Shown one piece after another: positions 62,127-64,000 of a stretch of DNA of 64,000 bases. The first letter of the stretch is position 1, and each line of letters begins with the position of its first letter. Source of the stretch: Moniliella sp. 'wahieum' (lineage: Eukaryota); assembly GCA_003971905.1 (NCBI GenBank), contig RSEE01000013.1, positions 558,001 to 622,000 of the forward strand. Reading direction: 5' to 3'. The notes beneath the pieces were generated by a model, which was given only the letters and a program-made list of their open reading frames with translations, ran no database searches and had not been told where the DNA came from. The position numbers were made by a program, and so were the translations under genes.

Positions 62127-62254
62127 TCAAGCTCGCGTCAAGCTCGAGTCAAGCTCGCGTCAAGCTCGAGTCAAGCTCGCGTCAAGCTCGAGTCAAGCTC
62201 GCGTCAAGCTCGAGTCAAGCTCGCGTCAAGCTCGAGTCAAGCTCGCGTCAAGCT
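62127..62254. repeat. 11-bp minisatellite with 22-bp higher-order period
   Basis: Eleven full units strictly alternating TCAAGCTCGCG and TCAAGCTCGAG. Confidence 0.95.
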
Positions 62255-62628
62255 AGCTTCCAGAAAAGATAGAACAGGGTGGCAACTAAGGTACCGTCGT
62301 ACCAGGCCGTACCACAGTATCAGACGCCTAAGCTCGTGGGAGTTTGCCAAGCAACAGCAACACGAAGGCAGTATCGGCGAAAGGATAGAAAAGGATGTGG
62401 GGGGGGGCGGTGACGCAGTCAGATGAGCATGGAGCATGGAAGAAAAGGGGGAGGCTAAGGGACGGAAACAAGAAACAAGATCCCGGATGTGGCATGGACC
62501 ATGGATTATGGTTCATGGTTCATGGATCGTTGGGGCTTGTCATCCGATCCTCTCATATCACAACATGGCGCCCAACCACATTCGAATCGGCGTGCATCGC
62601 CTCGCCTGCGTCCGCATGCCCCCTGCAG

Positions 62629-64000
62629 CTACTCTGTTCGGTTTCCCTCCAGGAGAGGTTCCCATTTGAGCAGCAACGTGGTCGCGCGTGGGGAAACTGG
62701 TACTGCGCCTCCAAGTCGGCCGGAAGCGTGGTTTTAATAATCAACTTGAGTACCTTGTGGATCTTACTGTGCCGAATACCCTGGACCGTGACATTGGGCA
62801 ACGACTCGAGAGTGGTAAGGTGCTGGTGCACACGGCGCATTGACTGGAATAGCATACCCACGTTACCACGCAGTGTGAGTCAGTCAGTAAACAAGTACAG
62901 TAGCGCCCACGGACCAGAAGAGCTCAAGCATGCGCAACACAACAACATAATAACGTACGTCTGCCAGATTCTCCTCGCGGCCCAAAAACAGTTTCTGCAA
63001 CTCAAAACGCAACCGCCTCAGGAAACGATCAGAGCCGACCGCCGAACTCGATGTCGATGTCGATGTCGTTGGCGTTGGCGTTGGCGCTGTCGCTGGCACT
63101 GTCGTTGGCGCTGTCGTTGTCGTTGTTGTGTCGACTGTCCTACTAGTCATGTCGGCCATCATGTCAGTCGTGTCCGGCTCGGGTCCGGCACTCGGGTCAG
63201 GCACAGGCACCGGATCCAACCGTGGCGACTTGGTACTGGGCAAGGAACCGTCAGTCGCGCCCTCTGTCGCAGCGGCTTGTTGGACCACAGGAGGCTGCTT
63301 GGAAAGACGTCCACGCTTCCGCGGCGCAGGCTGGGACGAAGGCTCCAAACCCTGGTGAGTCACGGGCTGAGAGGGAGCAGCAACCGAACCACTTTCAGGA
63401 GGGCGGTCGCGCTTGCGCGGCACAGATGGAGATAAGGGGGGTGGGATGGTGGCCGTCTCTGGCTTTGGCTCTGCTGGCTCCGGCTGTGGCTTTTCTACGG
63501 GAGCGGCTTCAGTAGCGACAGTAGTAGTAGCGAGCGGTTCCGGCCTGGGTGGCACAGACGCGACGAAGGCTTGGGCCCTGGGGGGTCAAAGCTGTCTTGG
63601 CGGTCTTGGCGGTCTTGGGGGGTCCGGGAGGGCGGGTACGTGCCTTGGTGTGGCTGCTTAGCGCCTGCTTGGCTTGCCTCACGCGTTGGTCGTGCTCCCG
63701 TGCCCACGCGATCGGGTCGGCCAGGACAATCTCATACGCTTGGAGCAAGCCGGTGGGGGGCAGGCGGGGAGCGTGTTTGCTTTTGGTGAGGAATTCAGCC
63801 GCGTCGGCAGTAGTCAGGGGGGTGAGTTCAGATGTGTGGAAGAACGCGCTGCGGGGGGAGAGGAGAGGATGGTGAGTGACGCGTGGTGTGGAGAAATGGA
63901 GAAATGGAGAAATGGAGAAGGGAAGGCAGGGGGACGTACTAGTCGGCATCGGGGATGAAACGGACAATGTTGGCCTTGGTGGCGTTGTGGCGACGTTGGC
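62629..64000 (-). CDS. PWWP-domain chromatin protein (Pdp3-like) with TFIIS-N/LEDGF-like C-terminus; 5' end lies outside the window
   Basis: VRFIPDAD followed by an intron, ELTPLT..LLQAYEI..DPIAW (PWWP helices), RRLRFELQKLFL, intron at about 62844-62958, LTTLE..IRHSKIHKVLKLI..RATTLLLKW. Confidence 0.7.

Noticed and set aside
62127..62254. CRISPR array
   Set aside because: Contiguous 11-bp units with no unique spacers, no cas genes, and a eukaryotic context.
3687..62254. Heptad arrays as cloning polylinker or synthetic restriction-site contamination
   Set aside because: The palindromes are scattered through many native intergenic regions, are often imperfect, and are not associated with any vector-like sequence.
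937..63700. Mass pseudogenisation or widespread programmed frameshifting
   Set aside because: 1-bp indels hit conserved housekeeping genes (RAM2, KAP104, MSS4, RPS12) whose protein motifs are otherwise intact, often near homopolymer runs. Unpolished long-read error is the simpler explanation.

Overview
GC-rich, intron-poor fungal genomic DNA. A basidiomycete yeast or smut-like lineage is inferred from protein similarity and short GT..CTGAC..YAG introns. Most genes carry 1-bp frameshifts, which looks like an unpolished long-read assembly rather than mass pseudogenisation. Recognisable genes, left to right: NYN/Limkain-type protein, prenyltransferase alpha (RAM2), RAD7, a low-complexity hypothetical, transportin (KAP104), a Zn2Cys6 factor, a decayed two-ORF CACTA/EnSpm-like transposon, a complete young Ty1/copia element (160-bp LTRs, GAAGG target duplication, in-frame TAG between gag and pol), a DAL5-like MFS permease, an ABCB/MDR transporter with degenerate ATPase motifs, PIP5K (MSS4), a minimal SLX4-like protein, a Rho GTPase, tRNA-Phe, RPS12/RPS11, ODC antizyme (ACC-UGA +1 shift site), a broken eIF2-beta copy, RPS9 and a partial PWWP protein. 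The most unusual signal is non-coding. Intergenic DNA repeatedly shows 7-bp-phased arrays of a stop triplet (or its reverse complement) plus a usually palindromic tetramer, e.g. TAA-GGCC-TAA-GGCC-TGA. Three such units close all three reading frames of a strand. All protein calls come from motif recognition; no database searches were run.
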